DNA of 64,000 nt from Gnetum montanum (Eukaryota > Plantae > Gnetophyta), in contig MNCI01001139.1 of the NCBI GenBank assembly GCA_015680685.1, positions 46,880 to 110,879 on the forward strand. The letters run 5' to 3'. Made by a program: the position numbers and the translations under genes. The notes below the pieces were generated by a model. The model searched no databases. It saw nothing but the letters and a program-made list of their open reading frames with translations, and was not told where the DNA came from. Below, one piece after another: positions 26,191 to 39,192 of this stretch. Every line of letters begins with the position of its first letter. The first letter of the stretch is position 1.

Positions 26191-27417
26191 AGCTATCCCT
26201 CTACCACATGGTGTCCAATCTGCAATTCACACTAATCCTAGGCCTATAAATACCCTCGTGCTTCACGTTTAAGGGGTTGACATTTTGAAACATTTGGTTG
26301 GAAAATTTGAATATTGGCATTCTTGGCACTCTTACACTCGAGCATGCTTGGCATTTTGGAAAATCTTGGAACACCATCAGACATCATTGCACACTACTAT
26401 GGCACTGCTATACACCACCCAACATATCATCAACCATCGCATCCTGTAGGACATCACAGCAACCAACCTAGTAGGCTTAGACCCCACGGCAGATGTTAGT
26501 TCTTCATTGCCAAACACCCTAAGACTATGACTATGTTGCCTACTGCACCTATTTGTACATCGCATACCTTCTAAACATTTCTTTGAAATTGACTATGCTC
26601 CCCCTAGTTTGGGGTAGTGCCTTTCTCTATTGCTTACATTTGGTGCATTTTTTCACAATTTTTCTTATATTTTAGCATTCTACTCACATTTTTCACTATT
26701 TAAGAAAGTATCTACATGTTCGCACCCTTGTTTTCGCATTTGAAACCACTACTACACTCACACATGTGGACACTCCAAACATTCCAAAATACCGTGTCTC
26801 CTTTAAAACCCATTTTATTGTAACACCCATAAGTCCCAATTTGATCAACAAAACCATTCTAGGCACCCTACCTCCGTTCCCAGCAAGCCCTCGTGTGGAA
26901 GCAAGGTCAAGGTTATGCGACCGCTGACCTCTCAAAGTACCATTTTAGCCTTTGATGTTTTTAGTTGCTATAGTTTTCTACCATTAAAAGGAGGGCCTTT
27001 GCCATTTCCTTCTTCGACCATTCTTTGGTTGTTGCCTTGCATGCTCTCTACACCTTGTGTAGATTGGTTCCCATCGTTGGTTCCCCTAGAACCTTGCTTG
27101 ATAACACCAGTGCTTACACTTACTCAAATTTTGGATGTTCAACAAAGTGTAGCTAGCTCCAGCATAGCGAGTGTAGTTGACTTTGAGCATAGTCCCAAAG
27201 TTAGTCATTTTTAGCATGTTTACACTTAGTCATTTTTCTATCCATTTCAAACTTGGCCATTTTTTTCTGTATCTTTTACACTTAGCCATTTTTCTACATT
27301 TTTACACTTAGTCATTTTTCTTCAATAGTTGCATACTTAGCCATTTTTTGCATTTTAGCACTTAGTTGTGTTTCTTCCTATTTTGCATAAGTTCCCTTTT
27401 GCATTTTCCTTTAAACC

Positions 27418-29603
27418 ATGAATCCCAAATAGCCTTCAACCTCTGCTCTGAGCACGGTTGTTGTCTAGCCCATTTAGCAGGAAATCCAGATTAACTTTCC
27501 TAGGGCTGAGGGCCCTGTCCTAGCATAGAGACAATCTCTTAGGCAACACAACCTGCGTCCCAAGATCATGGTGCTCAATGAAAATCAGTATAACTTCATT
27601 TTTGCAAAGTTTCAGGTGGGTTTGCCCTTAGACTGCTAAGAAATGCAAGCCAAATGTAGTTATGAGAACATGCATTATAATAGGAGGGAATGGTTTCCTT
27701 ACGATTTTGACTTTGTTCTACTCATAGAAGATTGCTAGTGGATGTTGGACAACCTTGTCTACAACCTGAGCCATGAGGAAGGGGCGGACTGTGAGAAACC
27801 CCTCCAGGAGGAGTCGGACAAGTTCAAGGCTCAATCCAAGCATGAGAACCCATTCCATGCCTCATTCTAGTAGAAAACCTCTACTTTCATTTCTCTAATG
27901 TCTTGTAGCCTAATGTCAGTGCCTAGGTCAACACTTGTGGTGGCAACTCACCAGATGTTACAGACACACCAAGATGCTGCTCTACCTTTTAGCCTTCTCT
28001 TCAATGTGCCCTTCACCATCTCTTTGTTGTCTACGTAGCCTTTGCAACCTATTTAGCTTATTCAGCCCCATTATCTTGTTTAGGTTGTCTAGCCTTCCAT
28101 AGCAATAAATGTTGCACCTACACAGCCCTACATGCACACCATGCACGTTTGTCCCTTGTTGTATGTAACTTAGGCATCATTCATCCCACCTATCATGTCA
28201 GCATCCTTTACAATGACTCAAGCCACAAACCTATGGTGGGGCCTGAGTGCTTTGTCCAGTGCGCAACCCATGCAGTAGGCATTGCATGTGGTCACATAGC
28301 CTAGAGTCGAATCATGGGCCACCCAACAACCATAGCAGGTAGGACAACCCATGCAGCCAACCACTACAACTATACCTAGCCTAGATCAAGCATTCTAGCT
28401 AATCTAAAGCCTCATTGAAGAGGTCAAGTGGCTTAAGGCTGCTTCCTCTAAAACTGTCCATGTGATGGACTTCTACCAGGATGATTCGATCAGTCTTGTA
28501 GTCCCACCACTGGCATTACCCACCAAGGTCCTACTCCCACAGTTCACCAAATAGAATGGTGAAGAGAACCCTAACACTCATCTAGTAACCTTCAAATTAG
28601 AATGCCTCCTATTACAGGCATGGCCAAACACCATCATCTACATGTTCACCATGTCCTTAATCGACAAGGCACTAGACTAGTACTGCATGCTTCCTAAGGC
28701 CTCCATCACTTCCTTGGAGGAATTATTTACCTAATTCATCACTCGCTTCAAGTACAACTTGAAGCTTGAGATGATCTTGGATTAGCTAATGTAGTTCAAG
28801 TAGGGTCACTTAGAGCCTGTGCAAAAATTTATTTAGTGATGGAGTACATCGCTTAACATGATCCACGAGCCAATTGCAGAAACCTACTTGCTGGCCATCT
28901 TCAAAGGTGCAATGAACAAATTTATTAAGTTGAAGTTGTATTACCTTGTCCCACAATCCTTAAGCCAAGTGTTTGCTCAAACTAAGAGCATTCAAGATGC
29001 AATGAAGGCGAACAAGGATCTAAACTATGTGGCCTATAAGAACCTACATGCAAAGAAAGAGAAAGAGAAAGAGAAAGAAAAAGACAAGGATAAAGGCAAG
29101 CAAGTAATCACAACCATTGCAACGATGGCCAACAAGGCCAAGTTAGCCAATACCAAACCAACAACCAAGCCATCTAAGGCCTCAGCCAACAACAACAAGG
29201 TAGCTAGCTTTAGCACAGTAGCAAACAACTAGCTTGCATCATTGATGACCACAACACTAGTTGCCATAAGGCCTAACTTCAAGCACAAGGATTGCTTGAA
29301 GTATACACCATTGCCCATCAAGCGGTTAGAGCTGTTAGACCAATTGCTTCATGCTAGATGCATCTAGTATAAGCAAATGTTTGATGATGCTTGCCAGCAG
29401 CATGATTGATATTGCGAGCTCCTCAAAAAAATTTTCACTACATTGCCTAATAATGCTATGGTCTCTAAGCATTTAAGATTAGACCGATTTTGCCAATATC
29501 ACCAACTACAAGGTCATCACATAGACTTCTGCATGGATTTGCAGAATGACATCTAATCGATGATTGACAAGGGCAAGCTGGTCCTTGAGGCTACCAACCC
29601 ATT
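27418..29603 (+). pseudogene. Tat/Ogre-type gag (5' part, interrupted by element B)
   Basis: LPQFTK*NGEENPNTHLVTFKLEC, MFTMSLIDKALD*Y..LPKASITSLEELF..FITRF and FCQYHQLQGHHIDFCMDLQNDI*SMIDKGKL. Confidence 0.75.
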
Positions 29604-30627
29604 TGATGAGATGCAATTTGCATGAGCCGCGATATCGCAGCCATCGTGATATCGCATCGTCGCATGTGATATCGCGTACGCGATATTGCGGTTCGTCGCC
29701 ATATTTATAAATAAGAGGCGGCTCTCCCTTGTTTCCCAATCCTAAGTTAGAAGTAGGGAAACTCTAGCAGTTTGATCACTCCAGAGATAGAATATTTTCC
29801 ATGTGCCTGCAGTAGAAGTCCTAAAGTGAATGGATCTTTATTCGAGCAACATTGTACCTGAACACAAGTTGTGTATGACAATAGAGACGAACTTCCTAGA
29901 TAAACCTTGCAGTGCATGGAATAGGATCTTATTTATTGTTTTCTCTCTCACCCATAAACTCCTAGAATGCAGTATGAGTATGACTTGATTACGAGCATCT
30001 AAGGATGTGTATGGTTAGTCAAGGAATCAGCTGCTCATCGCAACGCGGTATGAGTATGACTTGATTACGAGCATCTAGTGTGACTACTTGGTAACCCAGT
30101 GGCATATTCAGGATCTGCGCTTGGTAATCGCAGTGGTAGTCATGCACCAAAATGTGTACGGTTAGTCAAGGAATCGGCTACTCATCGCACTTAGGCTAGA
30201 TTAGCTTTCTCAACCCTTTCCTTCTAGTTAAGTGCCTCAGTACGACCACTTCGAGCACGTGCGTTACGCGTGGTGATCCTAGTGACGATTAGCGTTTGGT
30301 AGCCACGGTTGCATTGGTTCAGGGTGTGTATGGTAAGTGGGAACGGATGCTGACGCTAAGTTAATTTAGACTTAGTCATTAGTTAGAATTAGTACTTAGT
30401 TTCTCAACCCTTCACCTTGTTAGCATAGGAGACATAAAACATAAAAAGATATAAAAATCATATACCTCAGACTTACTTAACCATACACCGTGACAACTAC
30501 AAGTAAGTCTGGGAAGACAACGAATGATTAACCCCAAGTGTTCCATGGGTCTGGCGGAGTTCGACCAGATCGCGCATGCTATGCTCATTTTGTATGGTTG
30601 AGTGTAGGGGTACCTCACCACTCATCA
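29604..30627 (+). repeat. 5' LTR of element B (1024 bp)
   Basis: TG...CA termini, GATATC array, TATAAATA at about 29706. Followed by decayed PBS TGGCATTGTTTCTAGGGA (30629-30646). Confidence 0.9.
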
Positions 30628-30774
30628 TTGGCATTGTTTCTAGGGACTAAGTGTTTGTGTGCTGAATAGAACATAAAGGATATCACTCACATCGTTGGGA
30701 GCCTAAACAAACCTTCGGGTTAATTAATTAAACAAGAATTTATATAACAGTAATTAGCATACCGATAAGACACT

Positions 30775-33200
30775 ATGTCTTCTTCTTCTTCTCATAAGAG
30801 CAACTCACCACCTAAGGACCATACACGAGATAGTCGGCAGCATAAAACACATAGCCGAAATCAGCCATGTCCTAAACAATATAAGGTAGTTTATACTCAT
30901 CCCGATGAGTATATTTCAAACTTTACCTTTATCCTCCATCAAGACGAATAGCTGCGATGGAGAGATTTGCAAGGTAACATCATGTTACCCCTAGATTGAT
31001 TAGTTCCAAACATGCTTCTCCGTGCCTTGGCGCAGATTGACATGATACAATTATATGCTGAATACGTTGCAGAAGATTTTGACTCATGGGATTATTATCC
31101 CACAGAAGCACAATGTATGAGGGACTCAAGGTAGGAGAGCCAACATACACTGTTGAAGGGCAAAGAGGTCCCACACATCCTTAGTAAAACTAGAGATGGT
31201 GAACCACTTACAATGGGTTCTTTATCAAGAGATGTTCCCCCTCCTAATGATGGTGAGGAGGCTGGGTATTAGAACCTACGATCAACGATACATAACCCTG
31301 GTTCTGATGCCTGTGAACACCAACTATTCACATAGGGAACAACCACTTATGCTAAGGATGGGCACTTAGATCGTCACCATGATAGGGGCCATAGCAGCTG
31401 AAGAGAAGGCAAGAAACATTATCATGGTGATGGTTCCCCTTCTTCTTCCCCTTCTTCACATCACTCCCCCTCTCCTTCCACATCTGGGCATAACCATCAT
31501 GAACACAATGGAGAGGATAAAGGTAGACAAAACGAGAGACCTCGACGAGAAAGTTGAGAGAGAGGACAAGGGAAAGGACGTAGGGAAAGTAGGGAACAAC
31601 GTAGACATCACAGGCATCATGAAAGAGATGATCATGATGAGCACCTACTTGCAACCTGAAGTATGCTTGACATAACGAAGGCTGTTAAAATTCCACAAGG
31701 CATTTAAAAGATAGTCGGATCAAACATTTAGACATGAACAACATCCCATGATTTGAAAGGGGATATAACGCTAATTTGCAACATCATTTACAGGCATTCC
31801 ACGATGCCTGCACCTTGCAGAATATAGAAAATGAGTGGCAAAAACTTAAGTTGTTCCCAAGAACACTCACCAAGGAAGCAGAGAGCTGGTACCGGTCCTT
31901 AGAACCGGAAACCATTAGGAGGTGGAGTACAATGCTAGAACTATTCAATAATAAGTATCAAACGTACTCTAGAGTGTCCAATTTACGTAAGCAGATCCAA
32001 GGCTGGAAGCAAGGTACTCATGAACCCTTGGATGCTGCCATGGCCCACTACTACACATTGTTACATCATTGCCCAGGCCATGGGTATGCTCAGCGGGATC
32101 AACTTTGCCACATCGTGGATGGACTAAGGCATGAAATGAGAAGAACCCTTAGGACTTATGCCCAAGGGAGACTATCACAACTTAGAGCCCATGAAGTATA
32201 TCGCTTGTTGGAGTAAGTAGCAAAAGAAGAAGGTGAACTACAAAAAAGGGAAAGTGTGGAAGAATACAACCATGATCCCTCTCTTCGAAAGAAGGGAGTG
32301 AAATTTTACGATGAAGAGGNGGTTGATTTCTCCAAGTGACTCTATGAGTCACACAACCCCCCACTGTCACTACCAAGTTTGGGAGTACTTCAGAAGNTTC
32401 CTTAGACTCTAAAATTGAAACTGTCTTAAAAATTGTAGAAGAGTCTAAGGTAGAACAAAGTAGTGACAAAGGTAAGACAAAGTGGAGAGATTTAGGCTTT
32501 GCACATAACAAGGATAAGGGGAAAATCACTAACTCCGATGGGGTTATGGAATCAAACACAAACAATGATGGTGGATGTGAGATCTACCACTATGACCATC
32601 CTAAGGGATGTTGCCCCATCATCTCACATCTACAGGAGTTTGGGGTGTATGCATTTAATCCAAGACTTAATCAACGACAAACACCCTGTAGGTTACCTTA
32701 TCCCCAAGGTAACCCAAGGCAGTTCCACCAACCATTAACGTATTATCCAAGTTGAACTCCCCCACAACCCATCAGACAACATCAGTAGTGGCAATACCCA
32801 CAGTCATGGGGGATGCCATCACCGAAACATCAGTACCCTTACCAGTAGCTTGACCCTTATGGATATTATGTGCAGTGGTTGATTTCTCCAAGTGACTCTA
32901 TGAGTCACACAACCCCCCACTGTCACTACCAAGTTCAAGAGTACTTCAGAAGGACTCCTTCTCCTCCGGGAGACACTCCATACCCACACCATCCTCCAAA
33001 TCCATCCACACCTCTTCCACAAGTAGTTCCCATAACACTTCCTACTTCAACAATACAACGGAAACTTCCTACTCAACCGCAGCAATGTCACGCTTCGAGA
33101 GCTGTAAATATTCAACCTGCTGTTGGTTCTAACAACTGTAAAAAGAGAAGACCCTTCTTTAGAACCAAAAGTCCAGATAAACTCTTTCAACAATAAGCGG
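30775..33200 (+). pseudogene. Athila-type gag of element B
   Basis: HLQAFHDAC..KLKLFPRTLTKEAESWYRSLEPETIRRWSTMLELFNNKY..QGTHEPL..CPGHGY (retrotransposon gag) and zinc knuckle CEIYHYDHPKGCC. Contains stops. Confidence 0.8.
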
Positions 33201-33339
33201 TTGAGCCCATGTACACTCCTCCACCATCTAACACTTCGGTGCACCCTTCAGTCCAATAGAGCTTAATGCATACGGTTATGTTCATGCATGTCGTAACCGA
33301 CTAGATCAAGGTAGGCCACCTTCCCAGGAAACTAACTGC

Positions 33340-33817
33340 CCCTGGGAGTCCCTTAATCTACCTTCAAGTCACCAGAAATGAACCACATAGGGCTCTTCTT
33401 GACTCAGGTTCCGGAGTCAATTTAATATCATGAGAAATGTATCAAGCCTAGAACCAACCTCAACTTAAGAAGAGCAACATTCAGCTAGACCTGGCAGACC
33501 AGTCCATCACCATTCCCTTCAGATTGGCTTAGGATATCATTACCATTGTGTGTGTTTGGTCTTACCCAGCTGATTTCCTGGTGATTGAAGTCGACAACAA
33601 CGAAGGGGACTTCCCAATTATAATGGGAAGGACATGGCTTAGTACAGTAGATGTATGCCTTAGGATCCGCAATCTTTCCCTAGAAATTTCTAAGATAAAC
33701 AATTATGGAAAGATCAAGAAGAGGAAATTTCCATGCATCACATACAGTGATTCATCGAGTGATGACATGGAGGAAATGCCTCCATGTAACAGGTGTGTCC
33801 TTGAAACTTTGCAATAA
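33340..33817 (+). pseudogene. Retroviral-type aspartic protease of element B
   Basis: ALLDSGSGVNLI..LDLADQSITIP..YPADFLVIE..FPIIMGRTWL. No RT follows. Confidence 0.85.
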
Positions 33818-36001
33818 AGATGCCTGTATGTAGCAACCACACAACCAGTAGTAGACCCCCCATGGTTGACAGCTACTCAAAGGAGCAACCAAATATGCAT
33901 GGAACAAACTGAGGAAACCCATGCCCATAACGAAAGCATATATACATTGGAATATGAGCATCGCTAGCTTCCATCCCTTAATCTAAGATCATAAATTGGG
34001 AGAAGTTGGGCACTTCTTAGAAATTCAAATAGACATTCATTATTTCGGATCTCTCCCTTTCAATTCAGTCATGGGGGAGATAGCCACCTATGCTAATCAT
34101 ATGGGCCCCTTAGTTCTTTTAAGTTTTTGTTTTACAACGTTTTTGTTTTACACGTTTTTGTTTTACAACTTTCTTTAACTCTTCTTATTTTTGTTTTACA
34201 ACATCATTATACTTTTTCATTTTGTGTGTGTGTGTGTGTCTAATCCACCTTGTAAGTTTATCACCCAATAAGTGTTCAGAATGATGGTATGAACTGTTTT
34301 CATCTTGATTGCTAATGTTTGGTTTTTACCTTTAAGTCACAATGTTGATACTAAGGTATGTTTCTTTTGATATGGTAGGCAATGAGATTACTTCATCCAT
34401 CCATCCACCAGTTTCTATGGTCTCTCTCGGCTTGGAAATGTACAGTCTCCTTCATAATAAGAACTTTAACGAATCAGTGACTAGGCATTTTTCAAACTAA
34501 GGAAGGACTCAAGGATTGAAAAGGGTGTGACTTCAAGGGAACTTGATGCTTTTGTGTTGGCCATTCTCTTGGGTGCTTGGATGTTTTCTTCTTGAGTTTT
34601 GTTGCCATTCCGATGTTACCCAATTATCGGAAGCTGGGACAATAAAAATAATCCAGTCTTTGCATGGTGTGGTTCTCACGCATAAAAACACAAGGCATAA
34701 AAAGAGAAAAAAAACTAAGTGAGAATTCAAAGCACACCCCTTAGATGAAATAAACTTAGGCTGCAAGCACTGGTTATGGAACCAAAAGTGTTCCCTCTAA
34801 CTAAGGCCCTTCTCGCTTCCCATTCTCTCCTTTGTTTCATCGGAATGGTGGTGACTCTTGGGGAAGGCATCCTTGTTATCGAAGTGGATGGTTTAGCTGA
34901 ATGCATTAATGCAAAGTCACTGGATGTGGTTGGTTTGAGGCTGAACTTGGAATGGGAATTGCTAAGTCACATTAATCATGCAACACACAAGGGGCTATAC
35001 ACCACCTTGTTCCTGGGATTCCATTCCATCCTCTTCTCTCCATCCTTCTCTCCATTGTTCATCTCATTGCTGGTTGTATCATTCCTGTATATATTTTGGT
35101 TGATGCATTGTTTTCTTTTTGGTAAACGCTTGTGGTTAAGACTTTAACTCTTGTTCCAAATGACATTCCCAGAGCCTACGGACTCTTTGAATGTGGGTTT
35201 GTCAGGGCATCAAGGGCATGAGCCTGCTTTGGGGAGGACCCATTGACATTCCTATTTGGGGTATTAGTTAAATTATTTCCCTTAACATTTTGCAATTAAT
35301 TTTATTTTGTTCATTACCATCTTGACATCCATTCCCTCGATGCTATAGTTGTCCCTTTGTATCTATCTTTCTTACTCCTTTTCTTTCTCCATTCTAACGC
35401 TATCGGAGATTTGCGATTAGTCATGGGGGTATGGGGCCAAATTTTTTTGATTTTCTCCTAGCCTTGATTTTTTTTATTCTCTTCCTAACCCCTACACCTT
35501 AGGTAGTATTCATTACTATATCTCCAAATCCATATCAGCCATACCACAACCTAGCCAATGAACTTACACCGAAGCAAGGTATCAATTACATGATGAATCA
35601 TTTACCCTTGCTAATATATAATTGTGTTGTGTGTGCAAATGGCTATCATGCAATAACAGATGAGATTTGGAGGGAACACATGGAATGGAGCAATGCTATA
35701 GCAGCTATGCAAGGAGCAAGATTGATGGTGCGCTTACCGATGGACAACTAAAGGCGCAATCTTGGTGTTGGCGGCAACAACACTTCTTTCTTTCTCTTTC
35801 TTTCTCAGCTGTCACCTAAGGCCTGATGTCATTGTAATAAGGTGTTCACCCTTGTTGTCATGAACACCAATTTTGTCAAGTCTTGTAATGATGATCCGTT
35901 CACATGTCATCCCATTAGTTCCATTCTCCTCAATAATCCCATACCTTCCCAATATTATTGTAAAGAACTTGAGGACAAGTTTTCATTCAGTCATGGGGGT
36001 A

Positions 36002-36851
36002 TGATGAGATGCAATATCGTGTCATTGCCTACGATATTGCATATGCGATATCATGGTCCGCTGCCATATCTATAAATAAGAGGTAGCTCTCCCTTGTTTC
36101 CCCATCCTGAGTTAGAAGTAGGGAAACTGTAGCAGTTTGATCACTCTAGAGATTGAATATTTTCTATGTGCCCACAGTAGGAGTCCTAAAGTGAATGGAT
36201 CTTTATTCGAGCAACATTGTACCTGAACACAAGTTATGTACAACAATAAAGAAAAACTTCCTGGATAAACCTTGCAGTGCATGGAATAGGATTTTATTTT
36301 CTCTCACCCTTAAACTCCTAGAATGCGATATGAGTACGACTTGATTATGAGTATCTAAGGATGTGTACGGTTAGTCAAGGAATCAGCTGCTCATTGCACT
36401 TAGGCTAGATTATCTTTCTCAACCCTTTCCTCCTAGTTAAGTGCCTCAGTACGACCACTTCGCGCACGTGCATTACACGCGGTGATCCCAGTGACGATTA
36501 GCGTTTGGTAGCCACGGTTGCATTGGTTTAGGGTGTGTATGGTAAGTGGGAATGGATGCTGATGCTAAGTTAATTTAGACTTAGTCATTAGTTAGAATTA
36601 GTACTTAGTTTCTCAACCCTTCACCTTGTTAGCATAGGAGACATAAAACATAAAAAGATATAAAAATCATATACCTCGGACTTACTTTACCATACACCAT
36701 GACAACTACAAGTAAGTTTGGGAAGACAATGAATGATTAACCCCAAGTGTTTCATGGGGTGTGTAGGCACTTAGTCTATGGAGTTCGACTAGATCGTGCA
36801 TGCTACACTCGTTTGATATGGTTGAGTGTAGGGGTACCTCACCACTCATCA
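36002..36851 (+). repeat. 3' LTR of element B (850 bp), preceded by PPT
   Basis: Direct repeat of 29604-30627 with two deletions. Upstream is AACTTGAGGACAAGTT...AGTCATGGGGG, a typical Athila/Tat pre-LTR hairpin plus PPT. Confidence 0.9.
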
Positions 36852-36856
36852 CCATT

Positions 36857-38400
36857 TCAGCCCTAAAACTAGTCAATGGGGATTTACAAGGACCCGCTGA
36901 ATGTAAGCGGTGCATGGTATCAATGCTATTAGCATTGATGGTGATGTAGAATTGGCATGGGAGCCATTTTTGGTTCATGTGTCCTCTAATAACACTGGGG
37001 CCTCCTCGACATCAACCGGTTCAAGAATCCCTTTTTTCATTAGAGTATCACCTCGAGCACCCATAACACCCTTTCTGGTTAGGGCCTCGCAGCATGTTGT
37101 CGCTGCAATAGCCCAAACACCCTTTGTCATAAGGATGCTGTAATGTGCAAACTCCTTGCCTATTGGAAGTTTAGTGGTAGGAAATGTGTTGGCCCCTTCT
37201 CGTCCAAGACTTCATCTTGCAAGCGACGCCAACAAACAAACTAGATGGTAAACTAGGAGGCCTAATGAGTGCGTTGTCGATCGAATGCTTAGGCAACACC
37301 AGGAGCAAAGGGCATTGTCTCCTTGTCTTCCATCCTAATGGCCCAATGAACTAAGGAGGTTACAACAATAAGCAACTAGTAACAAATAACAAAGCACTAA
37401 GGCTCCAAAGCAAATAAAGTAAGCAAAGCCCAAATCCCCTCTATGAGAGATTCATCTCCTGGGCTGCATGGAGGAGATGAAGGCCACCAACAACAAAGTG
37501 GTAGACAATGGCAAAGACTTACTCAATGCATTGGCATAGGTTAAGCAGGCTTTGAAATAAAAAAATGCAACATTAAGCTTGTACGACCTTATAATGACTT
37601 CCTTCCCCCACCATGAAGCTTTAGTGCACATGTTGACCTCCATTCCTATCACAAAGGACATCCTAGTGGATGAATAGTCCATTCATGCTATGATGTTGCC
37701 TCCTTCCCCATAGGATTTGAGTTCAACACCCCTGGCATTTCGCAATGAGACAATCAAGGTGGACCTTGAGAATGGTTAAGTCATTACCATGCCAATGTTC
37801 ATCATCATTTGTGTGGAAAAATGTAGGATTCGCAGGGTCCATGTTGACGACAGGGAAATAAACAATTTCATTCCTTATACAGTCATTGAAAAGCTTGGTC
37901 TTGTTGACCAAATTCAACCAATGAAGACAACGTGCCTAAAATCCTTCAATGGGTCATGTGTTGTCATAAGGGGAACTATCACAATAGCCTTCGTGGTAGG
38001 GGAGTAATTCCCCACCATAGAAGAAATCATAGTGGTTGAGGAGATGCTAGGTTTCAACTTGATCTTGGGTAGGCCCTAGTTAGCCCAACTATGGATCGTC
38101 TCCTCCCCAATCTATCAAGAGATCCACCTTCCATACGAAGGTGGAGAGGTTATCATACATAGTAACAATGCAGCCCCTCTAACCATTAGCAACATTGACA
38201 CTGAATAGGGATCAAAGGTAGAGTTCCTTGATGACATGCCTCCTGTGAAAGACAAAGGCAAAAAAATACAAAGCAAACCAACCTGAAGAGCCAACAAAAG
38301 TCCTCGATGCTTCAAAAGATTCTTTATTGGTAGAATTGCCCTTTGACATAGCTAATGAAGGTTAGGGCAAATATCGTATTGTACCCTCTAGGCCCTAAGT
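36857..38400 (+). pseudogene. Tat/Ogre-type gag C-terminus and aspartic protease (continuation after element B)
   Basis: LSLYDLIMTSFPHHEALVHML, PMFIIICVEKCRIRRVHVDD..IPYTVIEKLGL..LKSFNGS..GTI, FNLILGRP*LA..IVSSPIYQEIHLPYEG. The ORF ends soon after. Confidence 0.75.
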
Positions 38401-38699
38401 GCCTCCTAATCCACAATGGATTAGGAAACAACTGTGTGACTAAGGCATTCCCTTAGTCCAATAGGTGCTAGGTCCCTACCTATCCCACTTCTGCACTCTT
38501 TGCTTATTTGCATTTTGATTGCATTGTACGTTAGCTTGGTTGTTAGCATTTTTTACATTGTTTATTTTACATGTGTTTATTTCTTCCACTTGTGCATTTT
38601 TGCTAAGTCCACATTTTTGCTTAATTACTTTTTGGCAGGTAGTTTACATATAAAAAATAGCAAAATGCATAAAAATCATAAAATTCAAAAATTACAAAA

Positions 38700-38990
38700 C
38701 ATCATAGCCTGCCAAGGCCTAAAACTAGCAATTTGCTTTTTTCCTTAATGCATGGCCTAGAATGGCCCAAAACTACCAAGCATGGCCTGCCATGGCCCTA
38801 AACTAGCATTGCATGGCCCACCATGACCCAAAACTAGCATCACAAGGCCCACCATGGTCCAAATTGGCATCGCATAACCTGCCATGGCCTAAAACTAGAA
38901 AAACTCTTTCATTATTGCATGGCCTAAAATGGCCTAAAACTATCAAAATATTGTCTACGCACGTGACCTGAAATGGCCTACAATTAACAA
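38700..38990. repeat. Degenerate ~30-35 bp tandem repeat (CATGGCC(C/T)AAAACTAGCA...)
   Basis: About 8 recognisable units between the protease and the antisense gene, a position typical of Tat/Ogre 3' tandem arrays. Confidence 0.75.
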
Positions 38991-39192
38991 TTCCTATAGC
39001 CTAATCACACTAGCTCATCGCAACATTAACATCAAACATAGTAAATAAGTGCAAAAATCCACTCATCATACACTCCACGTAGTAAAAATTCACTACATCT
39101 CATGAGAAAATTAGTACATGTCATTCGCATTACACAGAAAAAATACACAAAAATACAAAAATGCCCAATTACAAGGCTACATCAAGGTCTAC

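Larger units (their letters stand above)
29604..36851 (+). mobile_element. Complete Athila-like non-autonomous element B (LTR-PBS-gag-protease-PPT-LTR; TR-GAG architecture)
   Basis: Perfect TSD CCATT (29599-29603 and 36852-36856). LTR termini TGATGAG...CTCATCA. The host gag frame is restored across the TSD (VLEATNPF|QP*N*SMGIYKDPLN). Confidence 0.93.

Noticed and set aside
29604-30627. TGATGAG LTR start as a hammerhead ribozyme core (retrozyme)
   Set aside because: No CUGAUGA plus GAAA core with flanking stems was found; it is simply the terminal inverted repeat.
32321-32396. 76-bp near-exact copy of 32877-32952 inside B gag
   Set aside because: Flanked by single N characters (32320 and 32397); most likely a gap-filling artefact.
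38700-38990. Repeat array as a CRISPR
   Set aside because: Degenerate tandem units without unique spacers, eukaryotic TE context, and no cas genes.
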